Origin: Octopus vulgaris
Taxonomy: Eukaryota
Direction of reading: 5' to 3'
Assembly: GCA_951406725.2 (NCBI GenBank)
Contig: OX597825.1
Coordinates: 11,842,001 to 11,906,000, forward strand
Length of the DNA: 64,000 nt
The notes under the pieces were generated by a model. That model ran no database searches. It saw only the letters and a program-made list of their open reading frames with translations, and was not told the DNA's origin. Shown piece by piece: positions 24,842 to 40,826 of the stretch (the stretch's first letter is position 1; every line of letters begins with the position of its first letter). A program made the translations under genes and the position numbers.

Positions 24842-25839
24842 GCAGATATATATATAGAGAGTGATAGATAGATAGATACATATATACGAATATATATAAT
24901 ATATGTGTTTATATGTATATATATTTATGCATATGTACATATTCATATATACAAATATATACATAAGAGTGTGTGTGTATGTCTGTAAGTATAATGAGTA
25001 AATTATAAAGAGGAATGGAGACTTATATACCTTCCAAATTTCTTTATTATATTTTCATTCTCATTAAATTCCAATCGATCGCTTTTTTCTACTGGATATC
25101 TTTCCTAATGCCATTTAGTGTCGCAATGCTCGCACACACATACATAAATACATAACGGCGCACACACATACATAAAAAGATACGTACATATATATCATCC
25201 ACGTGCATATATATCATACAATGGAGAAGATGAGTAATGCATTTGTTCTAATTACAATCGTTTGGTAACACTCCGTCTCTCATGCCACTGCACATAAATG
25301 ATTTTATGTGAAAAGTGAAGTAACATTTGCAGTTGATTACATCGGAGCGGCACTTCATCAGACTGACGTCAAGACGGGCTCTCTCTCTACATTCTCTAAG
25401 AACAAAATAAAATATGCATGAGGGAAAGTAATTTTCCTTTGCTGAATTATATTAATTGTTACTCTACGGAATTATTTACACATCAATTTTACCGATGATG
25501 ATGTACCGAAAATTTTCTGTAGTAGCAAAATTTGTAATTTCATCAAATTTCCCATAGCAAAATGTCGATAGGCACCATGTCGAAAGCAACGGTACACTGG
25601 GAAAACCACACACACACAAAGACACACATACACACACAGAGGCATACACAAACAGAGGCATACACACATGCACACACAAACACGTGCACACACAGATACA
25701 CGCACGCACACACACACGCACAGACACACATACACGCGCACACACACACATGTATATATATATATATACACATACACGCGAACACATACATATTCACATA
25801 CATATTTGTATATACGCACTTTCAATTTTATAAATGTTG

Positions 25840-25891
<52 letters not shown>

Positions 25892-25908
25892 GACACATAT
25901 ATATATAG

Positions 25909-25941
<33 letters not shown>

Positions 25942-25953
25942 CATACATACATT

Positions 25954-26021
<68 letters not shown>

Positions 26022-26457
26022 CGTGTGTTTGTGTGTGTGTCTTCACGCATTTGTTCATTTTAGTAAAACTGTAACCGTGTTCTTTTTAGTAGATACTACT
26101 GTATGTTTCCATGGTTTGCGCAAACTTTACAAAATAAATTTGAAACATGTTTTCGATATGCTAATAATTTGTCGTATAATATACATTCTTTATAGAATTG
26201 GTTTTACATCAGTCATGCTTTGCTGGCCATCTTTTCGTATATCCTCCAGTTTTTAAAAGATCTTTGTTGCACACAAATAATATATGGATATCTATTGTTG
26301 AATCTCATAACATGTGCATAACATATTAAGAGAAAGTCGAATTATTGTACACAGTTACGATGATGTATGATGTATGTACGTGAGCAGATGGGTATCTATA
26401 TGTACATATCTACATAGCTGTTAGTAAATATGTATGTATGTATGTATGTATGTATGA

Positions 26458-26498
<41 letters not shown>

Positions 26499-26619
26499 CA
26501 ACGATAAGAGATTTATTGTTGATTGTTTACACGTTTTCGAAATTAGTGGCTTTTCGTCACTGGAAAAAGGATATGTATTTGCAAAGGGAACCCACTTTTC
26601 ATCGACAATCAGTGATTGT

Positions 26620-26664
26620 CACACACTGATGATGGGTCAATACCCAGAAACTCGAATCCGTGTG
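26620..26664 (+). ncRNA. Near-intact type-I hammerhead motif
   Basis: CACACA-CTGATGA(26626-32)-TGGGT-CAAT-ACCCA-GAAAC(26647-51)-TCGA-ATC-CGTGTG. Two substitutions, one in helix III and one in helix I, separate it from a canonical fold. It lies in a short unique segment next to (TA)n. Confidence 0.7.
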
Positions 26665-26841
26665 TATCATAAAAGTTGAAGATGGGAAGGATGGCTTCTT
26701 TTTGCAAATACTGAAAGGGCACAGAAAGTGTGCCAATAGCCAGCTGGATGATGTGTCCTCTTGGGGCTACAAGCTATAGTAGCATCCACCCTTAAGGGCT
26801 AGCCACATTTAAGTGACAAATATACTTCACGATATATATAA

Positions 26842-27048
26842 ACACACCAGCATCGGTTGTCAAGCGATGTCGGGGGGGACAAACACAGACACACAAACAC
26901 ACACACACACATATATATATATACATACATATATACGACGGGCTTCTTTCAGTTTCCGTCCACCAAATACACTCACAAGGCTTTGGTCGGTCCGAGGCTA
27001 TAGTAGAAGACACCTGCCGAAGGTGCCACGTAGTGGGACTGAACCCGA
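26842..27048 (-). mobile_element. Partial family K SINE
   Basis: Matches 33032-33245, including the internal (CA)n(TA)n tract. Confidence 0.85.
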
Positions 27049-27138
27049 ATTGTTATTATTATTGTAAGTAAATCGTCGAGTTGGCAGAATGTCAGAGCAA
27101 TGGCCAAAATGAACCAAGACCACTTGAATTAAGTCTCA

Positions 27139-27290
27139 TATAGAAGCGGTTGTTCAAGCTGAAGGCTGATTTATTGAATAAAATAGAAAAGCATTTTTTG
27201 ATAAAGAAATTTATTATTTGTTATTGTATATTTTTTCTTTTCTTTTATTGATAGACATAAATATGTCCTCAAATATCTTACGCGCCCTGT
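27139..27290 (+). mobile_element. Possible Tc1-like 3' end remnant
   Basis: IEAVVQAEG-like transposase C-terminus, then an AT-rich stretch ending CCCTGTA. Confidence 0.35.
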
Positions 27291-27878
27291 AGCTTCGAGG
27301 AATTTATAAAATACAGAAGCGAGTGTAAAAACAGGAAAGTAAGAGTTCATGGTAGTTCTTCACAGATAGGAATAAATCCTGGAAGTTCATACTCTAACAT
27401 CACAGATAAAAGAGAGAACCATCAGAGGAGTATTACGTAGTATGTGCTCATATTTAGGTAGGTTGGTAGTTAGGTATCTAGAGTTTTATATTCGAATTTT
27501 ACAACAGACAGATAAATTGTCCTTGCCGGCAATAACAGTCACAAGGTGCAATTGATGACTTTTTGTCTTCTGGTAAACGAGACCGTAATATTTGATTACC
27601 CTTAGAAGAAATAATCGCAGCTGCTCTTAGAAATATAAGAGTAATTAATATTTAAAACCTAAGTTATGATAAAACTTATTGCGCAACGACAAACGGAGGC
27701 GCCGTTCGAATCAGAACGCAGCAGCTGATTTTATTGTAAAGAAGGCTCTTCAACAATTTACATTTTCAGATATAGAGAAATTGATGCAAATTGACCGCAT
27801 GCTCTGGAAGAGTAAGCCGTTCTTCAGCAAGATTAATATTTCACTTTCAGAGTATGTTGTTCCTTCTCGAGCCACTCC

Positions 27879-28138
27879 TGGCTCATAAAGGCCGGTTACC
27901 CGATTTCCATAGCGTACAGATTCCCCACTGTCGCAGGTGAGCTGCAAGATGCAGGAAGAAAGATTGAGAGAAAGTTGTGGCGAAAGAGTCAGCAGAAGTT
28001 CGTCAATACCTTCTGCCGGAGCCACGTGGAGCTTAGGTGTTTCGCTCATAATCGCACACGTTGCCCGGTCTGAGATTCGAACCCGCGATCCCTCGACCGC
28101 GAGTCCGCTGCTTTAACCACTAGGCCATATGCCTCCAC
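27879..28138 (-). mobile_element. tRNA-derived SINE with family A head and an alternative 3' tail
   Basis: Head and body resemble 1634-1830 (GTGGAGGC...AAGCTCCACG.GGCTCCGGCAG...CCACAACTTTCTCTCA); the tail is unrelated. Confidence 0.85.
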
Positions 28139-28589
28139 TACTTTGAGAGTATGCATTTATTGTAAACACTTTGGACTGGAAACCTGAGATGTCAAATCGT
28201 TGTTGAACTACGCTATCTTTCTGTTCTGTAATTCTAAACCATCCAATAACTGTTAAAATAATTCTGTAAGTTTTCTTAAAGCTAATTCTACAGCAAGTTC
28301 TAATGAAAACAAATGGAATTAGATCTTGTGTCATTCTCCCCAAAGAACAGAGAATAGACAATAAGAACGAGCTTCGATTACTATGATTTATTCAGAAATC
28401 TTCAAATGACGTTAATCTCGGCAAAGCCCAATGTCACGGGTTTTAGATCACGTTTGGCCCTAATTGTTTCATACTTCAACTGCTGTGACAAGAAATGAAT
28501 ACAGACGCATAAATGAGTATATGCCTACTCATAAATATGTACGTACGTAAGGGCGCGTGTATGTGTGCTTCTGTATCTTCACAATATTG

Positions 28590-28625
<36 letters not shown>

Positions 28626-28911
28626 AGTAGTTCTCCTCATCTACGCAGGGGGTAGCTAGTCAGGATGATGATGATGTTGATGATGATGATGACAATGAGC
28701 ATGATGAGGATACACAAGTCCTCAAAAGTATACGCACGCACATATATACACATATATGTGCGTATATTTATGTGTATGTATTAAGCACACACACACATGT
28801 GTATGCGTGTGTGACTCAGTTTTTGTCTTTGTGTGTATATGTGAGTGTTGTTATATGTATATATACATATGCCTATACGTTTATATTGCGTAGTTATAGA
28901 AATACCTTGTG

Positions 28912-29232
28912 AAGGCGTGTGGCTTAGTGGTTAGGTCATTCGGCTCACGATTGTAAGGTCGTGAGATCGATTCCCGGCGACGCGTTGTGTGCTTGAGCAA
29001 GACACTTTATTTCAAAGTTGCTCCAGTCCACTCAGCTGGCAAAAATGAGTTGTACCTGTATTTCAAAGGGCCAGCCTTGTCACACTCTGCGTCACGTTGA
29101 ATCTCCCTCAGAACTACGTTAGGGGTAAACTTGTCTGTGGAGTGCTCAGTCACTTGCACGTTAATTTCACAAGAAGGCTGTTCCGTTGATCGTATCAGCT
29201 GGGACTCTCATCGTCGTAACCGACGGAGTTAT
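28912..29232 (+). mobile_element. tRNA-derived SINE with family A 3' tail and a different head
   Basis: A and B boxes present; tail GGCTGTTCCGTTGATCG...CGTCGTAACCGACGGAG is shared with 1634 and 37644. Candidate TSD TAGAAATAC at 28897-28905 and 29239-29247. Confidence 0.85.
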
Positions 29233-30882
29233 CTCCTTTAGAAATACGAAGTAGAAGTCTTTGAGGTTCTCGTGGCTTTAGTATTAGCAGAATTTATTAC
29301 AAAGAGTAACAAGTACAAATGTTAATGAGGTGTTTTCTTCTAAATTTCAATATTTCCATTGTTTATTAATTTTCATATTTGGTGTCCAGTGCAATTATAG
29401 GAACATTCTATCACAATTTTATAATTTAAATTGTTTTGTGCAGATATATATTCCTACGGAGTCTGTGCGTTGTTTGCGCAGTGCAGTTGTTATAGATCTG
29501 CCGTCTGTTTTTCAATAATACGGTTTCCTCTCACGGCGAGATCTAATTATCTTTTTTTTTTAAACGAAATATAGTTTTATATTTCACTACTTCAGTGAAA
29601 TTAAAATTCAAGTAAACAGAAAAAAAAAGTATTTAGTTAAAATATTATTAAGCAAAGTAACAGAATATGAGAAGAGGAAAAATAGTTTTGAGCATTCATA
29701 TTCTGTAATCAGAATTTCAATAGCTAAATATTTTTGCTTTTGTTTTCATTACAGTGTGTCACATTCAAACATGGTGTGATATTTGTAATATTAGTGTTTA
29801 AGTGCAAACATCAGCTGCTATAATATAATTATCTGATCTAACAATTTCAAAGTTTATCTAAGAGAATTGCGAAGTTAATAAATATAAACAAATGAATATA
29901 TCACTATATTATAACACATAAAATTTGGTAAATTACAATCACTTCCTTATTTTTCCAATTAATTCTATAAACCGTATCTCCAAATGATTCACAATAGAAA
30001 AAAACAAAAAAACGTTTGTTTATTTGTTGCGTTAATTTTTCTTATTTTGCATTCATTTTATTTCTTTAATTACAAATATTAATCCATCAGAAACATCATA
30101 ACTGTGAAATTAAACTATTTTCATTTTTAGTAATTTTCTAATTTCACAGATTTTGATCTATTTTTATTTATATTTATTTATTTATTTTTCATCTCGTCAT
30201 TTATTCCTTTAATACTTCGGAATATTTCTTATTTGTTTTCTGAGCAAAATAATTCTCGGTTTCTATTGATTAAACGCAACGTAGCGTACAGTCCAATTAT
30301 TTATGTCCTATTAAGTAATTCCTCAGAGATTAAGCAACCGTACATATACAAACACATTTAGACACGCCCACAAACACTCATATCTACATATACACATAGA
30401 TGCGTGTATGCAGATGCTCTCACAAATACACATATCCACGACAGCAATAAATAATTACAGTAAATCTCATTATTTTAATAAATATCATTGACTTTCAGGT
30501 TTACAGGTTTGGGAAGAACTCTCTAATGATAATGTAAAAAATATTGTAATATGTAAATTAATTGTAAAACATGTTAGTTTCCTAATGCTTGTATATATTA
30601 TCTCTTCCTTCTCTCTTTCCTGCCCTCTTTCTCTCTCTCTCGTTTGTCTTGTTTGCTTAAATTAGTAATTAAGTTTGTAGAAACAGTGATGTAAATTTAT
30701 AATATTCGCTTTCATGGCTTTGATAATTTTACACAGAAATGTATATACTTATCTACAGTCGAGAAGTGAGAGCTAGAGATGTGCAATATAGAAAACACGT
30801 ATATCTATATTTATATACATGTATACACACTTACGCATGCGCACACATGTGTGAGCATGCGTGTAGTCTACAGATGAATGAG

Positions 30883-30927
<45 letters not shown>

Positions 30928-30949
30928 AAAGTTGTAACATACACATAGA

Positions 30950-32460
30950 CACATACCTTCTCTCGCCCTTCTAAACACACTTTCTTCCCAAGCCTACGTC
31001 CCTTCCAAGAGAAACAACACACCTATTCCTTCCTCCTACACTTCACAGCTTGGAACCTCATCGCCAACCATTTATTTTCCCCTTGAATTTCACAAATCTC
31101 TCAAACCATGCCGACCCATTGTTTCCGCCTGTAAGTGTCACATTCAATTTATTTCTGCCTCTCTTTTATCATCCTTCCGTCCGTGGCATGTTCACGTCCC
31201 TCTCACATATGTTACACCAAACGTGTGTAATTCCTTCCATTGTCTTTCTACCTGACAATTTCAGCATTCTTTTCTCTATAGGCATCAACTCTTTGTATTC
31301 TGTCATCTCTCCTGAAGAAGGCTTCCACTCTGCTCGCCACTTCTATAACTCAACATAAGTCTTTATTTTGATAACTCCATCTTCCAATGTTTTGTTAACC
31401 TCGTCATCAAAATTTCATAGACCAAGTTTATTATGATATAATTTGAATAGCGAAACAGTTGCTTGCCTGTAAACTACGGAAGCCTAATCGTTAGTCACAT
31501 TACATTCAATATGTTTTCACAGTCCACTGTTGAAACCTTTGAACGATACAGTCACTTCTTTTAGAACCTCTTCTATGGAGAACTGAACCCCTTCACCTCC
31601 ATCCTCTGTCACGTTTCTCCCGTTTCTCCAATTAACCGCCCACCAGTTTAATTGACACTTTTTTCTCAGTTGATCATCATTCCATCACCGATGCCACCTG
31701 ATATATTTTAACTCTTACACTTCTCCCTTATATTTATTTTATCTCTCACGCCACTCACATCAACCACATTAATCCGTTTCTTCCACTTCTTCGATCTCCC
31801 TCTCCTCTCTATCTGTAAAACTAACTTAAGACTGAAGCTCCATGCTCCACCGACCTGTTTTCGTGAGACGTTTAACCACCTACTATTATACAAGCTCAAA
31901 TATTTCCGCATTCATTCTGTCACTAGTAATTAAGCCCTACCCTATGCACATCCTCTTTCCGTAATCTACCACCCTCCCACATTACAAATTCAATGGATCA
32001 TCCCCGATGTCTCCCGTGTCATTTGCTACCTCCAACCAGTCTCTGTTACCTCGTACATCTTTCAGCTACCATTCCTTCTCACATTTAAGCATCCTCACAA
32101 CATCTGTGGCCTCTGCATCCATTAGTATTCTCGTAATTCTGTTATCGACCCGGATCCATCATCTGGTATAATTTTCATTGTCCAACTTACTCTTCAATTT
32201 TCAAAAGCACCAACCTCACCTGGTACAACTGTCGAATGAATCATTCATCTTAGGAAATACATATTCAATTCTTCTTTCCACGGTTTCGTTTATATCAAGT
32301 AAAATGGCTTCCGACTGCTCCACGTTTCCACTCTGCTACCCAGCCTACACATCACATCTAAGTCTTCGTTTTGGTCTCCATTAACACGATTTTACAGCTA
32401 GATTCCAGTGGAAACAGGAACTCGTATTTTTCCACAATATTTTATCCACATACCGTTCAA
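30950..32460 (+). mobile_element. Possible decayed Penelope element (upstream pLTR plus GIY-YIG 3' region)
   Basis: HGFVYIK*NGFRL near 32280-32316 (cf. CGxLYIGQTGRRL); RFQWKQELVF at 32400 (cf. RxxREQxLIF); HSLEPH..PFIF near 31045-31080; CTGAAGAAGGC at 31312. Pyrimidine-rich strand bias. Confidence 0.35.
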
Positions 32461-32874
32461 CTTTCACTTTTAAAATTACGCACGTGTACATCTTTGCACC
32501 CCACACCGCTGCCATCTTCTTCACAGTAGATCAAAAGGAATCACGCTCGGAATTCCCGGACACTAATAACTCCTTGAAATATATGCACGCAGAAAATACT
32601 CACATTCGTATACAAACACACATTATGCCTTCTCGCTCACCAACTTTTATTTTCTTTTCAAACCTCCTCACACCCTCTCTTGTCCATACATGCAATTTAA
32701 TCGCAGCGTTCAATCACATGACTCTTCTTTCTTATCTTCTGTTGCTGCTCTATTACCGAACACTTTACGAGATTAACACTCTTAACATAATGTCACGCAT
32801 GCACACATTCATACCTCCTTCCTTCAACTATTTCCCCCCTTTTGTTTGAACTATTCTTTGATAAAAGACACCTC

Positions 32875-33089
32875 TCTCTTTACTCTCTTTTACTTGTTTC
32901 AGTCATTTGACTGCGGCCATGCTGGAGCACCGCCTTTAGTCGAGCAAATCGACTCCGGGACTTATTCTTTGTAAGCTCAGTACTTATTCTATCGGTCTCT
33001 TCTGCCGAACCGCTAAGTGACGGGGACGTCAACACACCAGCATCGGTTGTCAAGCCATGCTAGAGGGACACACACAGACACACAAACAT

Positions 33090-33124
<35 letters not shown>

Positions 33125-33295
33125 CATATATACGACAGGCTTCTTTCAGTTTCCGTCTACCAAATCCACTCACAAGGCTTTGGTCGGCCCGAGGCTATAG
33201 CAGAAGACACTTGCTCAAGGTGCCACGCAGTGGGACTGAACCCGGGACCATGTGGCTGGTTAGCAAGCTACTTACCACACAGCCACTCCTGCGCC
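32875..33295 (-). mobile_element. Full-length family K SINE
   Basis: Reverse complement of 58000-58427: tRNA-like head, core, internal (TA)(TG) tract, LINE-like tail with GTAAAAGA repeats. Confidence 0.92.
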
Positions 33296-33727
33296 TATGT
33301 TTAATCCCATTTCTGACGTCCATTTTCTATCACTGCAGTCTGCATATTTATTCAAAAACCAACACATACATTACATTTACTATTCTTGCGTTTTACCTTC
33401 TCGAATCTACGCTATCAGATTTGACTCACCCGAAATTAACGTTCCCGGTTTAATCTCGCCTCTGCTTTCTTCTTTTTTTTACATTCGACCCTTCACACAA
33501 ACATATTCATTGACATTACACAATGTTTTATTTACATATGCATACTCATAGCAAACAAATTCGCATGACTTCGGTCGAATTCTCCTGCTGTTCTTCCACT
33601 ACAACTGGCTTTTGGATCACGCATGCTTAAATACACAGTTCTGTCATTATTACACACAAGTTCTCACCCTCTCCACCCATCACAAACTATATTCTCCATA
33701 TCTATATTCATAGGCACACGTTCTCAT

Positions 33728-33945
33728 TCAGCTCCCAAGAACGATTTTGCAATACCTGTCTAACGCTTTCAAACACGCACCTATATGATGTCGACATCCA
33801 CCATAACTGACGACGCCCGATTTGCAACTTGGCAAACAATCACCACGCAAATCGGCTCCCAAGAGTGCAAACACTCCGACATGTGTGCACATGGCCACAC
33901 ACTCATTCTTGACATTGCTGTAAAGATTTTCCAATTCCTTCCATT
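33728..33945 (-). mobile_element. Possible decayed LINE RT fragment
   Basis: ENLY... followed by a frameshifted S-G-V-R-Q (TCGGGCGTCGTCAG), resembling the RT GVRQG motif. Confidence 0.3.
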
Positions 33946-33971
33946 CAATATGGATATACTTGTCTGATATA

Positions 33972-33976
<5 letters not shown>

Positions 33977-34007
<31 letters not shown>

Positions 34008-34088
34008 TGTATGTATGTATGTATGTATGTATGTATGTATGTATGTATGTATGTATGTATGTATGTATGTATGTATGTATGTATGTAT
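33977..34088. repeat. (TATG)n microsatellite
   Basis: Directly visible. Confidence 0.95.
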
Positions 34089-34233
34089 CTATCTATCTAT
34101 ATATATATATATGTACGCACACACATGTATAGATATATGTGTGTATGAATCTCTCTTTCTGTCTATCTTACTCTTTCTCCCCCTCTCTATGTATGCGTGT
34201 ATCTGTGTAAATATATGTATATGTGTATGTATG

Positions 34234-34292
<59 letters not shown>

Positions 34293-34348
34293 ATACAGAG
34301 ACACAGAGAGAAGGAAAGAGATATAGAGGGAAATAGATAGGTACATGT

Positions 34349-34426
<78 letters not shown>

Positions 34427-35099
34427 CTGCATTGCTTTTAGTGACGAACTAGTAATCATCAGAGTATTGAACACAATGTCTCTCGATATTTCTATGAAAT
34501 CTATGCTCTCTGGTTTCAGTTCCGCTCCCTCAATAAATAATCTCTTATCTTTGAGAATTTGCGACTGGCAGACGATATCAGCAATGTCAAACAACCAATT
34601 TCTCTGCTTCAGTCAAATCATTGACACCCACGCCACCATATTTCCTTTTCCATGCATCATTGTCCTGAAGAGTTACGTTTTCCTATAATGGCCTCCATCC
34701 TCAAATTGGTTGCATAGATAATATTCGGGGAAATCAGTTTTATCAACTAGCCGATAAACATTATATTAAAATTCCCCAGCTTCCTAATAAGTTGTTGTTT
34801 TAATAATGCTATTCATGGCGTATGTGTGAATGAATTATAGACGATTGAAAAGGATGGTATGAAAAACCAAACTTGGAGTATTGTTTAAAGAGCTATTCTT
34901 AACTTTTAAAAAGTTACTCTCATGTGAATTTGTTGTTTACGTCTCGGTATTTTCTCATGGTTTATATAAGAAACAGCAATTGCAATAGAAAAAACACGAA
35001 AAAACTAAATATATTTAGCGAGCTATTGAAGTCGCTTTTTCAAATATGAATTATTGCACAAACAAAAAAAAATGCTATGAATATAAGTAAAACAAAACA

Positions 35100-36130
<1,031 letters not shown>

Positions 36131-37508
36131 GATAAATATATAAATAAATAACGATAATAACATTCTTACAAAAATAGCAGTGATGCTGAGAATGATGCTG
36201 ATGATTTCGACTACGGTAGCCACATAATGATGCCCTGTGGTGAAGCAGATGTTTGTAATGAGTCTTGTATAAAGAATGGACAATAAACAGAACTGTATGG
36301 AAAGTATAGGAATTTCAGAGAAGCAGCGGATATTTATTTGTGTTCGACAAAGGAAAGATATTATTCTTATATATGAAGAGAACTGTTGACCATATTAGAC
36401 GGCAAAGGATATATTATTTTCGCGGAAGTCATAAAATAAATAACGAATAAACTATTCGAAAGCGAAGAAGAGAACATGATCCATTACGTGTAGTTTCACT
36501 TCATCCGTAAAAGCCATCTCGACAACGGAATAAAGTGAAGTGTTTCGACCTATATATTTCTCTTAATTATACACGCTACACTTGGACCGATTTCCAACGA
36601 CGCATCATTACTTCACACCGAATAAATGCAGTTTATATACCTATATACACAAGAGATACACCCTCCCCAATACACACACACATAAACACACATCTACACA
36701 CATATCTACACATACTCAAGCTTTCATACACACGCTTATACACATGCACACAGACAGACCTCAGACGCATAAAAATTGCAAGCATCTATACTTTCATATA
36801 TACATGCACACAGGCACTCGTGTAGATAGATACATATATGTGTGTGTGTGTTTGTATGTGTGTGTGAGGTGTTTGTGTACATACACACACACTTATATAT
36901 ATGTAAAAAAGCGTTCTTAAGTTATAGAAGGAAATGTTTTAAAGTACAGCGACAGAGAAATATAGCAAGACGCATACAATGGTTTGTTTACATTGTAATA
37001 TATTGGAACAAGTGAACACTAAATGTCTCAGCCGAGAAAATATTTATTTCATCTCTATGTTCAGGCAACATATTAAAACAGTTTCAAATGCTACTACATA
37101 TTCGGACTAGAACATATTTGTACAGGAGCTGACAACACATTGAAGTGTTAAGAAGTGAAACAGTGGAAAGACGCGAAATTGGAAATATGGAATGATAAAG
37201 TGTTTTTCAGAAATGTTCTTTCATAACATAAAATTCGATGAATTTTATTAAAATATCCAGAGAAATAAAGTATAAGTGATAAAGTTTTCTTTTCATAACT
37301 TGTATACACTTAATAGATCTGTGTGTTGAGTACATGTTTATAAGATTCGAATGTAAACGATTTGTTTAATAAATGTAGACACACGCATTGTCGAATATTA
37401 CTGGTATGTGAAAAAGTTTGGCGTTTTGTTGCATTTCAAAATAAAAAGTGCAAACATAACTGCGCATATTTAAGTGTGCTCTTCACCATAAACTTACAAA
37501 GAGCACGC

Positions 37509-38028
<520 letters not shown>

Positions 38029-38033
38029 TAATT

Positions 38034-38085
<52 letters not shown>

Positions 38086-38121
38086 ATCTACATAGATATG
38101 CGTGTGTCTGTTTGTGTGTGT

Positions 38122-38177
<56 letters not shown>

Positions 38178-38674
38178 CTATATATCTATATATATATACA
38201 TATCTATGTGTACGTGAGTCTTATACTCCTGGTGCTACTGTTGAATTAGACATGATCTGGTGTAACAACGGTCTGCTCCATGGCCAATAGCGAAGAATTC
38301 AGAAAAGGATTCATCAAATAATCACATCAAACTTTTCTTTATTCAGATCAGAAATATTCCAGTTTTGCTTTTGTTCGAAAAAAAAAATTCCAGATTTTCA
38401 TGTCAATAATTCTTGGATAGGATGGTATCCTTTCGCGTCTTTCATTGACATACTGTACCAGCTTATATGAAGGCAGATATCAGTCAGCTATGCAAAGTCC
38501 CCATAGGTGTTCTCGCATAGGCCTGCTAAGCTGTCATCTTCCAGCCGTAGATCCGTGGTAGCTATATTTTGAAAAAACTGTACTTTCATTCGGTTAAAAT
38601 TTTTGCAATATAATCGATGTAATTGACTTGATTTCTCTCCTCAAATTTCAGACCAAGTGCCTATAGTACAAAAG

Positions 38675-39369
<695 letters not shown>

Positions 39370-39665
39370 GGGGGCGCATAGCTCAGTGGTTAGAATCTTG
39401 CACTCATAGTCTAGCCTTCGTGGTTTCAATTCCTAGACTGGATGTTGCGGTGTGTTCTTGAGCAAAACACTTTATCTCACCTTGCTCTGCGATCACTTTG
39501 ACACCTGAGGCCGGGTACACCGTGCACCTGTTCAGACAACGTCGATTCGTTGGAGACAGTGAGTTAATGTGCTGCACGACCATTTGATCTCCATAAACAC
39601 ATCATTTGTGCCGGTTGTTCGGCAAAACATGAACGCTGATACGTCGTCTTCGACGGGTAAGACCT
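39370..39665 (+). mobile_element. Diverged tRNA-derived SINE
   Basis: TAGCTCAGTGG A box, GGTTTCAATTCC B box, and GTTCTTGAGCAAAACACTTTAT core as in the 28912 copy. Confidence 0.7.
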
Positions 39666-39891
39666 TCATAATTAAATTTTACTATTTGACAAAATCATTA
39701 GTTGTGATTATATTAGTTAATGAAATTACTACGGCTGAACTGCAGTCAACATTTTTTTAGAAAAAAGACAATTGTGTAGGTACGTCAAAAACACAAAAAA
39801 ACATGTTTGGAAACATGGTCTCCCTCCCCCTAGTTCCCTCACATTCTCTCCTTCTTTCTGTCTGTCTATCTGTCTGTCTGTCAGTCTGTCA

Positions 39892-39972
<81 letters not shown>

Positions 39973-39978
39973 ACCTTG

Positions 39979-40346
39979 GCGCTCCGTTAGTTACGACTAC
40001 AACGGTTCCAGCCGATCCAACCAGCCTGCCTGTGAAATTAACCTGCAAGTGGCAAAGCACTCCCTAGACACGTGTACCCTTATCGTAGCTCTCGGGAGAG
40101 GTTAATCGTGACACAGAGTTTTGACAAAGCTGGCTCTTTGAAATATAGGTACAACAGAAACAGGAAGAAAGAGTGTTAGGAAGTTGTGGCGAAAGAGCAC
40201 AGTAGGGCTCACCACAACCCACTGCTAGAGCCTCTCGGACCTTTAGACATTTACGGTCAATAAACACAACGCCCGCTCTGCGAATCGAAACTGCGATTCT
40301 ATGATCGCGACTCCACTGCCCTAACCGCTGGAGCATTGTGCCTCCA
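39979..40346 (-). mobile_element. Diverged family A SINE
   Basis: Reverse-complement similarity to 37644-38028 over its full length. Confidence 0.85.
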
Positions 40347-40377
40347 TATATGTACACACACAAACACACACACACAG

Positions 40378-40424
<47 letters not shown>

Positions 40425-40826
40425 ATTGCATAACTTTTAAATCATTCAAAAACAGACACTGTTCTTTCGGTGTCGGCACTTTAAATGGCGATAATAACGA
40501 TTCCTATTCTGGTTTTGCTTGTAAGTGTTTCATAATTTAAAGGATCTGTAATCGGAAATATCACCACCAGCATCATGTCGGTAAGCAGTCTCTCTATCTC
40601 TGCATTATTAAATGTGCTCCGCCATTTTAAATCTAGCGGGGCAATATTTGCAATTGTAATATGTATTATTGGGAAGATAATGGTGATGATATTCCCATAA
40701 TGCTTCAATACAGTTGAACAGATAATTACTGAGTTTTATGAGGAATTTTCATTAAAAAGAATCATTTAGAATGATCGTGTTCTGTTGTAAATAGATAAGA
40801 CATTATTAGCTATTTATTTCTAATTA

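Noticed and set aside
31312-31461. CTGAAGAAGGC ... GCGAAACAGTTG as a hammerhead with a long helix II
   Set aside because: The halves are about 130 nt apart with no convincing helix I or cleavage triplet; kept only as weak support for a decayed pLTR.
34420-34690. Minus-strand LFDIADIV segment resembling an RT FADD region
   Set aside because: The catalytic motif is not preserved, and its order relative to the 33728-33945 fragment is inconsistent with a single element.
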